Assembly: GCF_000150275.1 (NCBI RefSeq)
Contig: NW_002060947.1
Coordinates: 6,463,648 to 6,527,647, forward strand
Source of the DNA: Trichoplax adhaerens
Taxonomy: Eukaryota; Animalia; Placozoa
Direction of reading: 5' to 3'
Length of the DNA stretch: 64,000 bases
Shown here: piece by piece, positions 39,996 to 52,399 of the stretch
Numbering within the stretch: position 1 is the stretch's first letter
Layout: each line of letters begins with the position of its first letter
The notes under the pieces: model-generated
What the model was told of the DNA's origin: nothing
The model's database searches: none
Seen by the model: only the letters and a program-made list of their open reading frames with translations
Program-made: the position numbers and the translations under genes

Positions 39996-41372
39996 TCAAC
40001 AGCTGGCAGCCAAGTGAGAAGATTTAAAAGTATTATAATCGTCTTCCACAGTATCAGCATAGGAATTAGCAATAGATCGAACCAAACTTCGAAATTCGGA
40101 ATGGCGACCATCCGTCATGATATCAATTTCCTTATCCACCGATGCACTAATGAGTGAGGAATCGTAATCTTTGTCGGAACGTGCATGATCTGTTGCCAAG
40201 ATAGCTCCCCACTGAGAAGCCAAATTAGTAAATCGATCAAGAGTATTTAATTCGGTTGTATCGAAACCTTCCTTGTATGGTGAGCGTTCTCGAACCGAAT
40301 AGTAGCCACCATTAAAATTCATCCAGCCCAAGTAATCATCCACAGATGTTAGTAAAGCTTTATAAGCGATTGCATGGCGCTCTGCATCATTATTAAATGC
40401 CGAGTCAAAATATTGCTGCTGATAGTAGCCCCAATAGTAGTAGGCCGTAGGTTTGCCTTGTAGTTTAACATCGAGAATAATATCATCGTTCTGCGATGAT
40501 GAAGGTCCTTCAATGAGAATATAGTATCGTGGAGTGCCTAAAGAGCCGGTACCTGCTAATATACGTTTAGCAATATCTTTGACATAGAAATAGGAGGACG
40601 AGTAAGAGATTTTGCCCGACAAGGTAGTGCCATAGCCAGACATTGCTTGAGTAATAGCGGATCTATCGGATGACGAGGCCGCTTCTAATTTTTGATAGGC
40701 TAAATCAAATTGGCGCCGATTGCTAACCAAGTTGGTCCATTTGTCTAACATTTTCACTCGACTTTCTTTATTTTCTACATCGGCTAAAAAGTTATCTAAG
40801 CGGCCATAAGTATTGGATCGGGTATAAATTTTATCAACTTCTTGGTTATTGCCACGGTAGTTCTTCATGGTGTCTAAATAGTTCTCACTAAATGCATCGA
40901 GGATTGTATTCACTTTCGATTGGGAGAATCCACTATTTTGACGAGCTACCAACACAAGACTGACTGCCATGCGCCAAATATCATATTGGTAATCCTCAAT
41001 AACAGATTCATCAAAATCATTGAGATCATAAATAACTTGGTCTTGATCATTAGTGAAAGCCCCATAATTTTCAGCATGAAGATCTCCTTGTAGCCATACT
41101 TTAGTATTATCGTTGCTAAATTGGCTTAAGCGGCTATCACCCGTAAAATCCTTCCAAAATAAATGGTTGGTACCACGGTAAAAGACGAAAGCAGATCCTG
41201 CCATTTTGCAGTATTTTATCTGCTTGTCGCTGCTCGATATTCCTGTATTCCAAGATTCTATCTCGCTAATAGCACTAGCTCTTCGCGATTGGATATGCCT
41301 TGAGACGGCTTGATGTGTAAGAAATATGGCGATGATAAGCGATACGGTAAGGAGAAAGCTTGCAATCCTCAT
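39996..41372 (-). CDS. DUF2252-family (bacterial-type, kinase-like) protein with a predicted signal peptide, 458 aa, intronless
   Basis: Family motifs as recalled: MAGSAFVFYRG, GDLHAENYG, YDLNDFDE, YDIWRMAVSL, GTGSLGTPRYYIL, ILDVK, VRERSP. N-terminus MRIASFLLTVSLIIAIFLTHQAVS. True ATG at 41372. Confidence 0.88.
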   Translation of the reverse strand: MRIASFLLTVSLIIAIFLTHQAVSRHIQSRRASAISEIESWNTGISSSDKQIKYCKMAGSAFVFYRGTNHLFWKDFTGDSRLSQFSNDNTKVWLQGDLHAENYGAFTNDQDQVIYDLNDFDESVIEDYQYDIWRMAVSLVLVARQNSGFSQSKVNTILDAFSENYLDTMKNYRGNNQEVDKIYTRSNTYGRLDNFLADVENKESRVKMLDKWTNLVSNRRQFDLAYQKLEAASSSDRSAITQAMSGYGTTLSGKISYSSSYFYVKDIAKRILAGTGSLGTPRYYILIEGPSSSQNDDIILDVKLQGKPTAYYYWGYYQQQYFDSAFNNDAERHAIAYKALLTSVDDYLGWMNFNGGYYSVRERSPYKEGFDTTELNTLDRFTNLASQWGAILATDHARSDKDYDSSLISASVDKEIDIMTDGRHSEFRSLVRSIANSYADTVEDDYNTFKSSHLAASC

Positions 41373-43555
41373 TTTTACTTTAATTTTCAGGATCGGGTAG
41401 CTACAAATCAATCGCTATGAAAGATACTTGACCAATTTTTGCTATTAGCAGTTTCTTTACAAAGAGATAATCTCCTTAAATAGTCTTGGTAGATAAGCAC
41501 ATCGGAGTAGTTAATGTCAATATTGATCGCCTGATTCTGTTCCATGTAAAGAGGAATGCGATGGATTAAACCACTCTTCGAATCTCTTAATGCTGTAAAA
41601 TCAATATAAAGCGTTCATTAGGTCAGATTAATCCTTAGTTAAAATAAACAGAGATACTGTCCATATTGATAATCCAAACAGAACAAAGTAAACTCGGGTT
41701 ACTAATATAATATTTTACAATTGGTAAATATAAAGCAATTTTAATGTACTTTTATTATTTCATGAACGGCTTCTTCACTATACTGTGAGCCTGTACTGTA
41801 ATTTAGTGATGACTCCGGCCTTTAATTTAGGCAAATTTATAAAAGCTTTTAGAAATTTTGAATCATTTTGTGTAGTATTAATTACGGCTATAATCAGTAG
41901 CCTATCGAGATGATGGATTTCATTGGAGGCTCAGTGCAAATTTTGCTCTTATTTAGCGTTATTATTGCAAAAATCGCTTAATATATCCTTTATTATCAAC
42001 TGATTTATGAAGTAAAGTAACGTTAGTACTAGGAGGTTCCATCTAAATCTGCATCTATAAATCAGTGCAGGCTGCCTTATTATTTCTATTGACATAAATG
42101 TTTTATTAGCTAAATTGATCGATCAACTTCATAAATAGTTTAGGTTTATTGCATGACGAAAGGTAATTAAGATCGTTTACAAATATTGGTTCCAACCATA
42201 TCTTTCTATACCACCACGGATACTATCTACTATCGTAATAGCTTTTAGCGCAAATTATTCATAAAAGTATTTTCTCTATTTGCTAAAGATTAAGCTTGAT
42301 AGGCCAAAAGCAGAAGATAAAGTTAAATAATTGTATATAAATATATATTATGTGTAAAGGTTAAATTCAGGTCTATTTGACCTCATAAGGGTCATCAATG
42401 GTGACAAAGTTAACCATAAGTATTAAAGCTTGATTATATTTATTTGCGAAGGATAACTATATAAAAGCTAAATAATGGAAAAAGTATTTAATTAAATTCT
42501 AACATTTATTAAATAATGGATTAAATGACCATGACCTGTAAAGGGATTTCTTCTCAGAAAGATTTAGGTGTCATTGAATTAGAATCAAATTATCATAATT
42601 TCTTTTAAGTTCATACGCTGTAATAACCTGCATATTATAACAGATACTGAGTCTTTATCAATAATTAACTTAAAGGCTATGAAATGATTATTTATACTAA
42701 CTTTATCAGACATTGATTTCTTCCCCAAAACTGGTAACTGGAAAATTTGCTTCTGAAATTTACGGTTCTTGTACATCCTTAAGCAACTATCATAAATACA
42801 AACGAATTAACCTAGGTTTAAGATCCGTTTTAACTTATTAAAAACTTACATATTGAGTTCTTATCGCAAATTTCCTTGCTACTATTGAGAAAATATGGTC
42901 ATTTATTCGCAGTCAGGGGCTTCGCATTTATGTACGAATTAAAAATTTTAATCGTGACGTAACATGAATTATTTTATGAAAACTAGGTACAATTTTCTCT
43001 CGTGTAACAATACTTCAGATACTTTCTAGCTGATAATTCATAACAACTGCTTCTATTGATTATAATTTTTGTTTCTTTAATTATTTTTTGATCTTAATCT
43101 TTGCATATGTATTAGGAACTACGAAAATAATTTATTATACTACCTTAATAGTTTCATGCTATCAATGCAGTAAGAAAATGTTTTAAAATTGAAGGATACA
43201 AACCATCTCAAGGTGACTGCTATAAATGGCTTACTTGATAAACCTTAAGTTTACTTTTCATGCCAATTCTATCAATGATACTGTACAGAAAGGGCCGAAT
43301 AAGAATTATTAAGCAATTTGCAATTTTTAGAACGATATATTAATATTTAACTAAAATAATTCTAGTTTCAATGACAGTAAATTTATAGTACAATTTTCAT
43401 CTGTAATAAAATCTTCCAATACGTAATATTGAATTGTTGTACTGTACATCATCGAAAGATGTCAGTTAATTAGTGAGATGAGAGTATAATATGACGCTAT
43501 TGATGTAATTCGATAACACCTTAGCTATATGGGCGATATCTGTCAAGAAAATTGT

Positions 43556-44142
43556 TGTCACAACCCTCACGTGTGGCAAAGGAAAGTAAAGAACTCTAGT
43601 GTAGTTACTTAAAACTTGGGCTATTTCTCCCAGTACTTTCAGTTTCTATGAGAGAAGTATTTGAGAACTCGATTTCTCGGCTGATCTCCACAGACAACTG
43701 ACTAATTATTTCACTATTCTTCACGATATGAGTCTAGCCGTTTCTTGAGCAATTACTAACTTTATTCTACAAACTCATGCGCTTAAATAGGTTTCTACAG
43801 TGAATTCCAATATTAACGAGTGAGAATTCATACTTTACAAGTTACATTAATTAGTATAATACCATTACTAAATATGCTTGTCGATATTCTCAGACTTAGA
43901 TAGCTACAAGCTATCAGGTGTTAAGACGCTTAACCTTCGTCCATATACGGCTCAATTTTTAGAGATTAGCACACCTTATAAACCTACAGTAAATTAACTG
44001 TTAACAACTTCTATTTCTATCTCATTTCTACCATCCTATTATCAGCTACAAGCGCATTAAACATAGCAGATAATCTTATCTTATCTATTCATAAGCATTC
44101 ATTAATCAACAGTTACTTAATTAGTAACGGCGTACCGTGACA
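43556..44142 (-). mobile_element. Solo LTR, family B copy 1 (587 bp)
   Basis: TGTCAC...GTGACA termini; near-identical reverse complement of 60258-60844. Flanks ATTGT / CATGT do not form a perfect TSD. Confidence 0.8.
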
Positions 44143-44219
44143 CATGTAAGAAGTAATCTTATGACATTGGATATAATACTAACGAACACTATCAAGCTGT
44201 GCAACAGCTACTGTTAGGA

Positions 44220-44830
44220 GAATAAATAAGCAAGCAATTTCCTTGCCTACGATATTGTAACTCTTTTAAGGCAAATGTCTCCGATCAAGTAGTTTGATAG
44301 CTACTTGTATCCATCTCAGGCGATAATTAACGCAAGGTAAGAAAATATTGCTTAGATGCCTAAATTGCAGCCTATCACATTAAGTATCCTAGTTGGTATT
44401 AAAACATTGAAGGGATTGGATTAGTGTCTGCTACAATTTATGCGTTTAATCTAACTATAGTTCCAGCAAGTGGCCTGAGTTCTAACGAAAATTATATTCT
44501 TGAGTATACAGTGTAATACCAATTAGAGAGAGAAGAACAAATATAACATTAATCATTGATATAAGTAGACGAGATCTTAGCGAGAAGGACGATTACTATC
44601 AAGAAAAATGTTATCGCATAAGAGAGTACTATAATCTTATGATATTATCCGATACTTATCAATACCCTTCGAAGGATGAATAAGCTATTTCCTTGCCCAC
44701 ATTATTCTAATTCATTGACAGTAAATGCCTCCAGTCCAATCGCTTGATAACTACTCCTATCCATTTCAGCAGATACCACCATCAACTTAAGATGAGAAAA
44801 TGTGCCCTAAGTATTCAAATTAGAGCGAAC
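44220..44830 (+). repeat. Degenerate direct duplication (~150 bp at about 44220 and 44678)
   Basis: Shared colinear ATTTCCTTGCC, AAATG.CTCC, TTGATA.CTACT..TATCCAT.TCAG. Confidence 0.55.
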
Positions 44831-47800
44831 TACATCCGTATCTGTCATCCAAATATATGCATTCTTGCCAAAAAAAATCCACCATAGACATTTCCAGATA
44901 TTTGCGTGGTCTTCTTATATCTTGAGCTATTTAATAAGATCAGTTTTCCATGGTAACTCGAAATCTTTTTCCTAACCTTCACGACTGAAACAATCTAGGC
45001 GGTCTCCATACGCGTAAAGGGTAAACTATAATTATTGAATTCTTTTATAGTAAATTGTAAGTCTCATTAATATCTTCTATTTACATTTCTGAGCAGCTGC
45101 AGAGTATATAACATAGCATTTAATACTAATAAGTAATATTGGCAGTTGCATACTCTTAAAACCAAATTTGTATAACTTTGTAATCCACTTGAAAGTAATG
45201 TAGGTTAGAGCACGCATATAACAGGAGATTAATCACGCTAATACGATAAACATGCAGTAAGCTACCTGGTGGCGATTTTAATTGATGCATCGTTTAAATT
45301 ATTTTGATTGACTTAGCTTAATGAACGATTGTTAGCCAATCAGAGAAGATTTTATATCGTGAATAAACTGAGAAATATTAATATTTATAGTAATCTGTTT
45401 AACATTTATAGAATCCATTGCGCTGTAATCGTTGAATCAATATCAATTACTCTACGCAAACTTTCACAAATTTTCAAGAACACTCCAAGAAAATGGTTCT
45501 TGACTGCCTAAAGATCTCTGATTTAATGCAGCAAGTAACTGCAACTAGCGTTTATAAGACCTACTTTAAGTTTATTTAATTCGTTCACGCGATAATGATT
45601 CATTAATATTGTTTATGCCGGAAAATTGGGAATTCATGTCAAGGCGTATAGAACGAATTGCAAGAAACGGTGTATGCACGCACGTAGTCCCGCTTAAGTG
45701 TAACTAAGTATTTCAGTGATTTACATAAAAATTTATAACAGATCTGAAAAGAAAATTCTAATTAAAAATTAAAAACCACTGAATTAAATAAAATCGCTTA
45801 ACACTGGTTTTAATTTGAATTAATAAGATAAGGGAATCAGTACCGCAATATTGTTCAGCCTTACACACCATGTTTTTTTGTAGTTTATAGGAAATGTTTA
45901 TCAGTGATCATAAGCTGCTGTGCATGATCATTGGTACTGTAGAAGTCGACAAAATACTACTTATATTTTGCTTCAGAAAATTCAACTGTCAATTCTTAAA
46001 AAAAATGGGCTCGTAATTATACTGAAAGTATTAATTGTAATTAATAAACTTACGATATTATAAATATGTAAGCTTGTTCGATATTTAGATTATAAATATT
46101 TATTTTCTAACCTCGCTACAAGTTCCAAGTTTATCTTAAATTGCTTCAGAATGGTTTTAATAAACTATAGGGAAACATGCTTCTAAAAATTAAAGAAATT
46201 TTATCCAGTTACTGTAAATATTATCGATTTAGAACCGTAATATTAAAAATATTTCATATAGGATCATTTTCAATTGTAAGTGCTATATTAATTGAATCGT
46301 AATTAATTATCGCTCTTACACGCCTTTATGTGCAGAGCTGATGATATCGATGCCCATCTCAAAATTTCCACCTTACTATCAAAAGTTTTAATTGTCCATA
46401 ATACAGCAGCCGCAGGTCAAACTCGAATATAAGCTAAGCTATAGATAGTTTATTGATAAAATTAATAGAAAATATAACTGAAGAGTTAGGTTAGAGTCAG
46501 CATTATTATAAAAATATGAATTAAAGAAATGATTTAAATTGCAATGCTTCCATAAATTGACATGCCTAAATACCAACTGTGTAGCAGCTTAGCTTGATTA
46601 ATCTTCTGCATCAGATTATCTTGACAGATTACCAGGACTGAATCCTGTACCCCATTTCTCACTCAATCTTATTTGCTTCAAGGCGATTAGAAAATACTGG
46701 ACCATTTCAAAACTGCTTGTCCCTCTCTTAATAATTACATGGTATTTAGATCATCTTAGGTTGTGATAAAGGTTTAAGAGCAGCAATCTAAATCCTGTTG
46801 TTTGTTCTTACATCTGTAGCGAAAATAATTCCCCACATTTAGAAAGATATTGGTTACCGTATGGCCATATTCAACTTGGGCCTATATTTCGAGTAGTATA
46901 TGAATGTTATCATAGATTATAAACTAACATTTAAACGCAAGTATAATATTAATTTATTAATTGATTAAGTGTTAGTCTTATTCCAAAAATATAAGTATAA
47001 TGTACCAAAACAACCATCTTTGATTAAGGTTCAGGAGACTGTACATATAGTTTATAGGTATTTATGGACATTTCTGTGTATAAAATAATTGAATTGAGTC
47101 AAAATATTATATGCAAATATTAATTTATTAGAAATCAGTTTTGTTTAGCTGGATATCTTAACTCAAGGTGGTCTTAATCCAATTTTTAGTTTAATTCCTT
47201 ATCATCATCGGTTATGAAAGATGCAATGTAGGACCATATTTAAGATCATTGTGATACTCCGATAACCTAAAATTCTCTCTTTAGATGCATACTATGGATA
47301 AATTTGAAATTTCTTTGTGAAAGGAATCCTATCTAAATCCCCAGTGATTGTTTGTATTTAAACTAAAGTACATAGCCTAATGTAAAATAATAATTGAAAG
47401 AAAAGTAATGTCATTTATTATTAATTAATGTTTACTATGAATTTCTTTAATAGTGTAACAGATAAAAACAAGATGCTGGATAAGAGCTCTTTTACAGGAT
47501 TTGACTTTCTCTTGGAAAGTGGATTGCCGATAAATCGATTTAAAATTTATGTAAAGTGTCTTTAATTAAGATATTAAAACAAAAACTAGTATGCCTCGTA
47601 AAATTTCCGTTCATTACATAAACTTGGTTCGTCTGGCAATACCAAGGGATATCTACCATAAATATACATTCATAAGTATCTAACTTATTACAACGAAATC
47701 CATAGTTTCTATTAAATTGGTGGCAGGACTATTTTTTAGTGACTTAATGATATCTTGGCAATTAAGTAGCAGGATCAAGATAAGTTTATAATCGCTAGAT

Positions 47801-47918
47801 CTGTTATTAACCTTTGCTTCTATTTAAAGTGTGACAGAGAATTCTTCATGATTCTAACTTACTATACGTAGCAAAATCGACTAGGGAAAATATCAGTTGT
47901 CAGACTACTTTAGCAGAA

Positions 47919-48690
47919 TCTAATTCTATCTTTTCGTCCCGATAATTATGATGCCGTGACAAAACCGCAATTGAAGTTCTGCCTTTTAGTTAATATTATT
48001 TTCATCTTATGGTATTTATTGAAGATGCAAGGGATAACGTTAGTATTAATTATCGAGATTTAGATATAGTTCTTTATTAGTGTAATTGTCTTAAAATAGT
48101 AACCTATACTTGAATAACAATGCATTTAAATTAACAGTATTGAAGGCCGTACAAGCTAAGCTGAATGAAAGTTAGCGAAGAGTTGTTGACTAAATTTGAT
48201 CTTGCTATCTGTTAGTAACATTTCGATATTGATTTAATCGTTGTACAGGTACTCTGCTCGTTGATAACTTCTATTTTATAACTAATAAATTGAATACTTT
48301 GTCAGATCTAAAAGTCTGCTCGTTATTATTTACTTCATCTTAACAATTAAAATATTGTGGTAGTATTATTGCAATAAAGTATCTCAAAATATTGCAGACA
48401 GAACTTCAACTTCTTTTTAACTACACTTTATTGCTTTACATAAATTGATTCGGCCACTAAATTTTCAATGCAAAATATCTATTAATATGCTTTAACATAA
48501 TCTAGTTCTTTTTTCTTGTCATGATAGTTCTGATGCTGTGATATAACCGCAACTGAAGTTCTGCCTTCAGTTAAAACATTACATTAGTTATATTGTGATA
48601 AAGTATCTGAAATTATTATGATAAGAAGTTCAACCTTTTTCAACTATGCTTTTTTGCATTACATAATTTGATTTATCCACTAAATTACCA
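47919..48690 (+). repeat. Degenerate local duplications
   Basis: About 47919-47994 matches 48500-48575 (AACCGCAA.TGAAGTTCTGCCTT). About 48362-48463 matches 48587-48687 (ATAAAGTATCT...CCACTAAATT). Confidence 0.55.
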
Positions 48691-49317
48691 AATTCTATCT
48701 ACTAAGTACAACTGCTGAACTTTATGGCATTTGGACTGCAGTGCAACAGTATGATATAAATTAATATTTGCTTTTGATAGACTAGAGTATCATTCTAGTT
48801 ATGATAGCATACAATATGACCGTAAGCTTTATTCACTTTGAAATGAAAATATATTTACTGCTTATAAAATCATTTAACCGAATAATCCCAAGTTATCTAT
48901 AAGAAATTTAATCTTTCTATATGAGTTAATGAACTCAATCCGAATTAAATTTTATACCATTAATGGTTACAGTAGTTTCTTCCAGAGAAAGTGCTAGTAC
49001 ATTTCCTCGCTCATGATACTAAGCGCACTGATTTTATGAATAGGATATTTCAGTCTAATTTATGCGATCTATGCTACAATAATTTAGTAGTCAACAATAG
49101 AAAATAAATTTTAATGAAATTATCACTTGCAGATAAATTGATCAACAAAAAACGATATTGATGATTTCTGTCTTGATTTTCTACATACTTGTAGTACAGC
49201 CCACATTAACATTTACGATCAGAATCATATGATTTTACTACAATAGTTCATATTGAACGTTTGATAGTAGGATTGAACTAGTGTCTATTCTTAATTGTTA
49301 TTTGCGGTATATGTAAT

Positions 49318-49947
49318 TGTGATAGTGTTATGTTCTGTATTAGAGTAGAAATATCTATGTTAGGATAATTCTGTTAGCCTATCCTTATTTAGTTAACTTC
49401 TAATTTGGATATACTGTATTTTAATATAGCACTGACTTTTTATGACAGTGACACTTATACACATACTGAAATTAATAGTTATAATAGGGAATGCAAATCA
49501 TCTACTTACAGTTCAAATTATTGTGATTGTAATATACTTATAGTAGATTGTAAATTATCATGGAAATGTTCCGTGATAGGACATATCGTAATCTGACTAT
49601 TTTGTATTAGTCATTATATGTCTATATTCGTAAATACTGTTGTCTGCATTAAGGGAGCAGTAGCTAAAATTAATACCTAATTCAGTAAATGATTCCAATG
49701 TTAATCGTATTAACTATAACTCATGAACCATTGTGGAATAGTATATAAATGCAGTATATCGTGTAATAAAGTGGATTCTCAAACTTGGTGTTTAACGTAA
49801 AATACGAGGCGTTTAAGTCTTTGTGTAGTCTGCTAGTAGAGCAAAAGTGTTTGTGATAGTGCAGGTATCGTTCCTTGATACGTGGTTCAAGGAATTGACT
49901 TATTGATCGTATATTACGTTATCTTGTTGCAAAGCTGTTTTGTGGCA
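49318..49947 (+). mobile_element. Solo LTR, family A copy 2 (630 bp)
   Basis: TG...CA termini; perfect 5-bp TSD GTAAT (49313-49317 / 49948-49952); near-identical to 29431-30061. Confidence 0.85.
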
Positions 49948-50187
49948 GTAATCTACAGTTTGCAGCGGGAAAATATCAGGACCTTTACGTATTAAAGTAT
50001 AGTGAAAATGATATTTAGCGTTAAGACATTGCGATAATGGACGTGTTACACAATGTTCTATGATCATGGAGATCTTGTGTTAGGGTATTGTGTAAACGTG
50101 GTTGTGACAAACTATAAATTAGAATTAGATCCACTACCATAATCATAAACATGGTAAAATAATATTATTTTTCTCGCACCAGCAATA

Positions 50188-50531
50188 CATAAAGTAAAAG
50201 TATTTGGATTAAACTAAAATCCATCACGCTTAAGAGAAAGATGATGATTTATATGAATGATTGACGGCACGATTTAGTTATATTGTTAGCCTTAATAGAA
50301 TTCTACAATTTCTTGAACATAAATTCAATCGATCCACGTTATTATGGATTATAAGCACCGATAGTACATAAAGTGAAAATATCTATTTTAAAAATAAAGT
50401 CCATCACGTTCTAGAGAAAGATGATAATTTACTATGAATGATTGACGGCGTTATTTAGTAACATTGTTCGCCTCAATTGTATTCTAAGATTTCTTGAATA
50501 AAAATTCAATCGATCTACGTTATCACGGATT
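50188..50531 (+). repeat. Tandem duplication, 180-bp period, 2 copies
   Basis: CATAAAGT...CCATCACG...AGAGAAAGATGAT...TGAATGATTGACGGC...AATTCAATCGATC at 50188 and 50368. Confidence 0.75.
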
Positions 50532-52399
50532 GTTAGTCAATAAAGAAATCTTGTATGTGTAAATAACGCTTGAACTAACAAAAAATAGAATAGGAGAATA
50601 AAAGCTTTAATTAAAGCTTTAAGAATGTCTAAACAATGGTTAATCAAGATAATCAATAGTCTATCTAAGCGAATGCCTTAGCTTAATAACTGCTGCAACA
50701 AAAGGTCATCTGTTATTTCTATTTATTTTATAGAATATGATTATCTCTACCTCAATTAAGATAAGGTAAATTAGAATAATTTATAATGGTAATGAGTGTG
50801 CGATAGCGAATTAGCGTCTTACTTGATCATATCATGAACTGCTGTTATTAGTCATATAGAAAATAAATCGCTATCCTGAAGTTTTTTATCTACTTTTCTA
50901 GCCATAGACCCAATCGGATGACGTCAAGTCGATGAAATAAACAACAAATCAGTCCAAGTATGCATAAAAAATTCCTTCCTATTCATTATTATAATAAATC
51001 CATTCCTTCATATCCTTTAAATATAAACTTAAGAATTAGCATCGATTAATATATTAGAGGGCAGGACAGCGATATCGCCATTCTTTTCATTAATCTTTTT
51101 TTAGTAATACAGTAATTTTATTCTGCCATTATCGTGTTCCTTCTAGGGCTTTTCATTCCTTTTTTTATTTCATTCGCTACTTAGTGTTGTTGCATTGTTT
51201 CACCCCATGTTGTCTAGAAATCAACATCCACTGACTGTTATTGTGAAGAGAAGCAATTTATATCAGAATGTGGATATAAATTAATACAGTGTTAGAGTAC
51301 TTGACCTATAGAAAAGTGTCAAACTGACCTAATCGGTACATTGACTAGCATTCAGTATTTTCATTTTTTGATCTTATAGATAGAAACGACATCAATCGAT
51401 TATATTATTTTATTCATTCTTCTGGCCTTTTTGATCGTCACTAATAATACATCACCGAAAAATTCACGATCAAATTAAAGCCGTGAAAAACTAATTTCTT
51501 ATTTGGTGATCGAATCGCTTTATTTTACAAGCAATCTCATTAAAACTTATGTCGGCTATTTCAAGATTTTAACTTATCCAGTAGTCCAATTACCAAACTT
51601 TAATATCTTAACATTTTCAAATTATTGGATAGAAAAGCTAATCGAAATTCATTGGAGCGTTAGCTCTTGTGATCATACTTTATTTTTAGGTGAACCGAAA
51701 GATAAAAAGGAACAGGACGTCCTTTCATTCATATATCAATACAACGATTAGATACTGCTGTGATAATTCTCGTTTAAAAGAATCAACTTTTATTGGATTA
51801 CCAAAATATCAGTCTCGGATTAATCTAAAGTTAATTGCCGATTTACTTTCATTCATGAACAACCGACTTGCCCAGCAATGACGAGTTGAAACTATAAATG
51901 CGGACTTAGCCTCTGACTACAATTAAATTAACATCCATCAACGGAATCGGTAACTTTGTGACAATACGAGAAAGAAAACTACCCTGGTAGAAAGGTAAAA
52001 TCGAATCAATCTATATTTTGGATATATATTTTATGTAGTTGAATCTACCATATAGCTTGCGATAATCTCCCTTTGAAAAATAAAATAGATCATAAAGTCA
52101 ACTGTCTACTAGTTTCAAGCAATTGCTTCTGACACGAAAACCTTACTTAACAATCATCGTTGATTATTACACAACTGCTGCCTATATCTAGTTTTGTCTC
52201 GGTGTAATATCTGATCTCCTATTACTAATACAGTAATATGTAATTTAATTCCTTACATTATTCTTAGTTTATATTTTTTATCAGTTTAACTCTGTACAAT
52301 AGCGAAATTGTCTTGATAGCATTGAATTTTTTACCATAAATCCATTACAGGACTCCGGAATTCTTGATCAAGTCCTACGTATCTAAGTAAATAATAGTT

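Noticed and set aside
29431-49947. A single 20-kb LTR retrotransposon bounded by the two family A repeats
   Set aside because: Each copy has its own distinct TSD, and no gag/pol lies between them.
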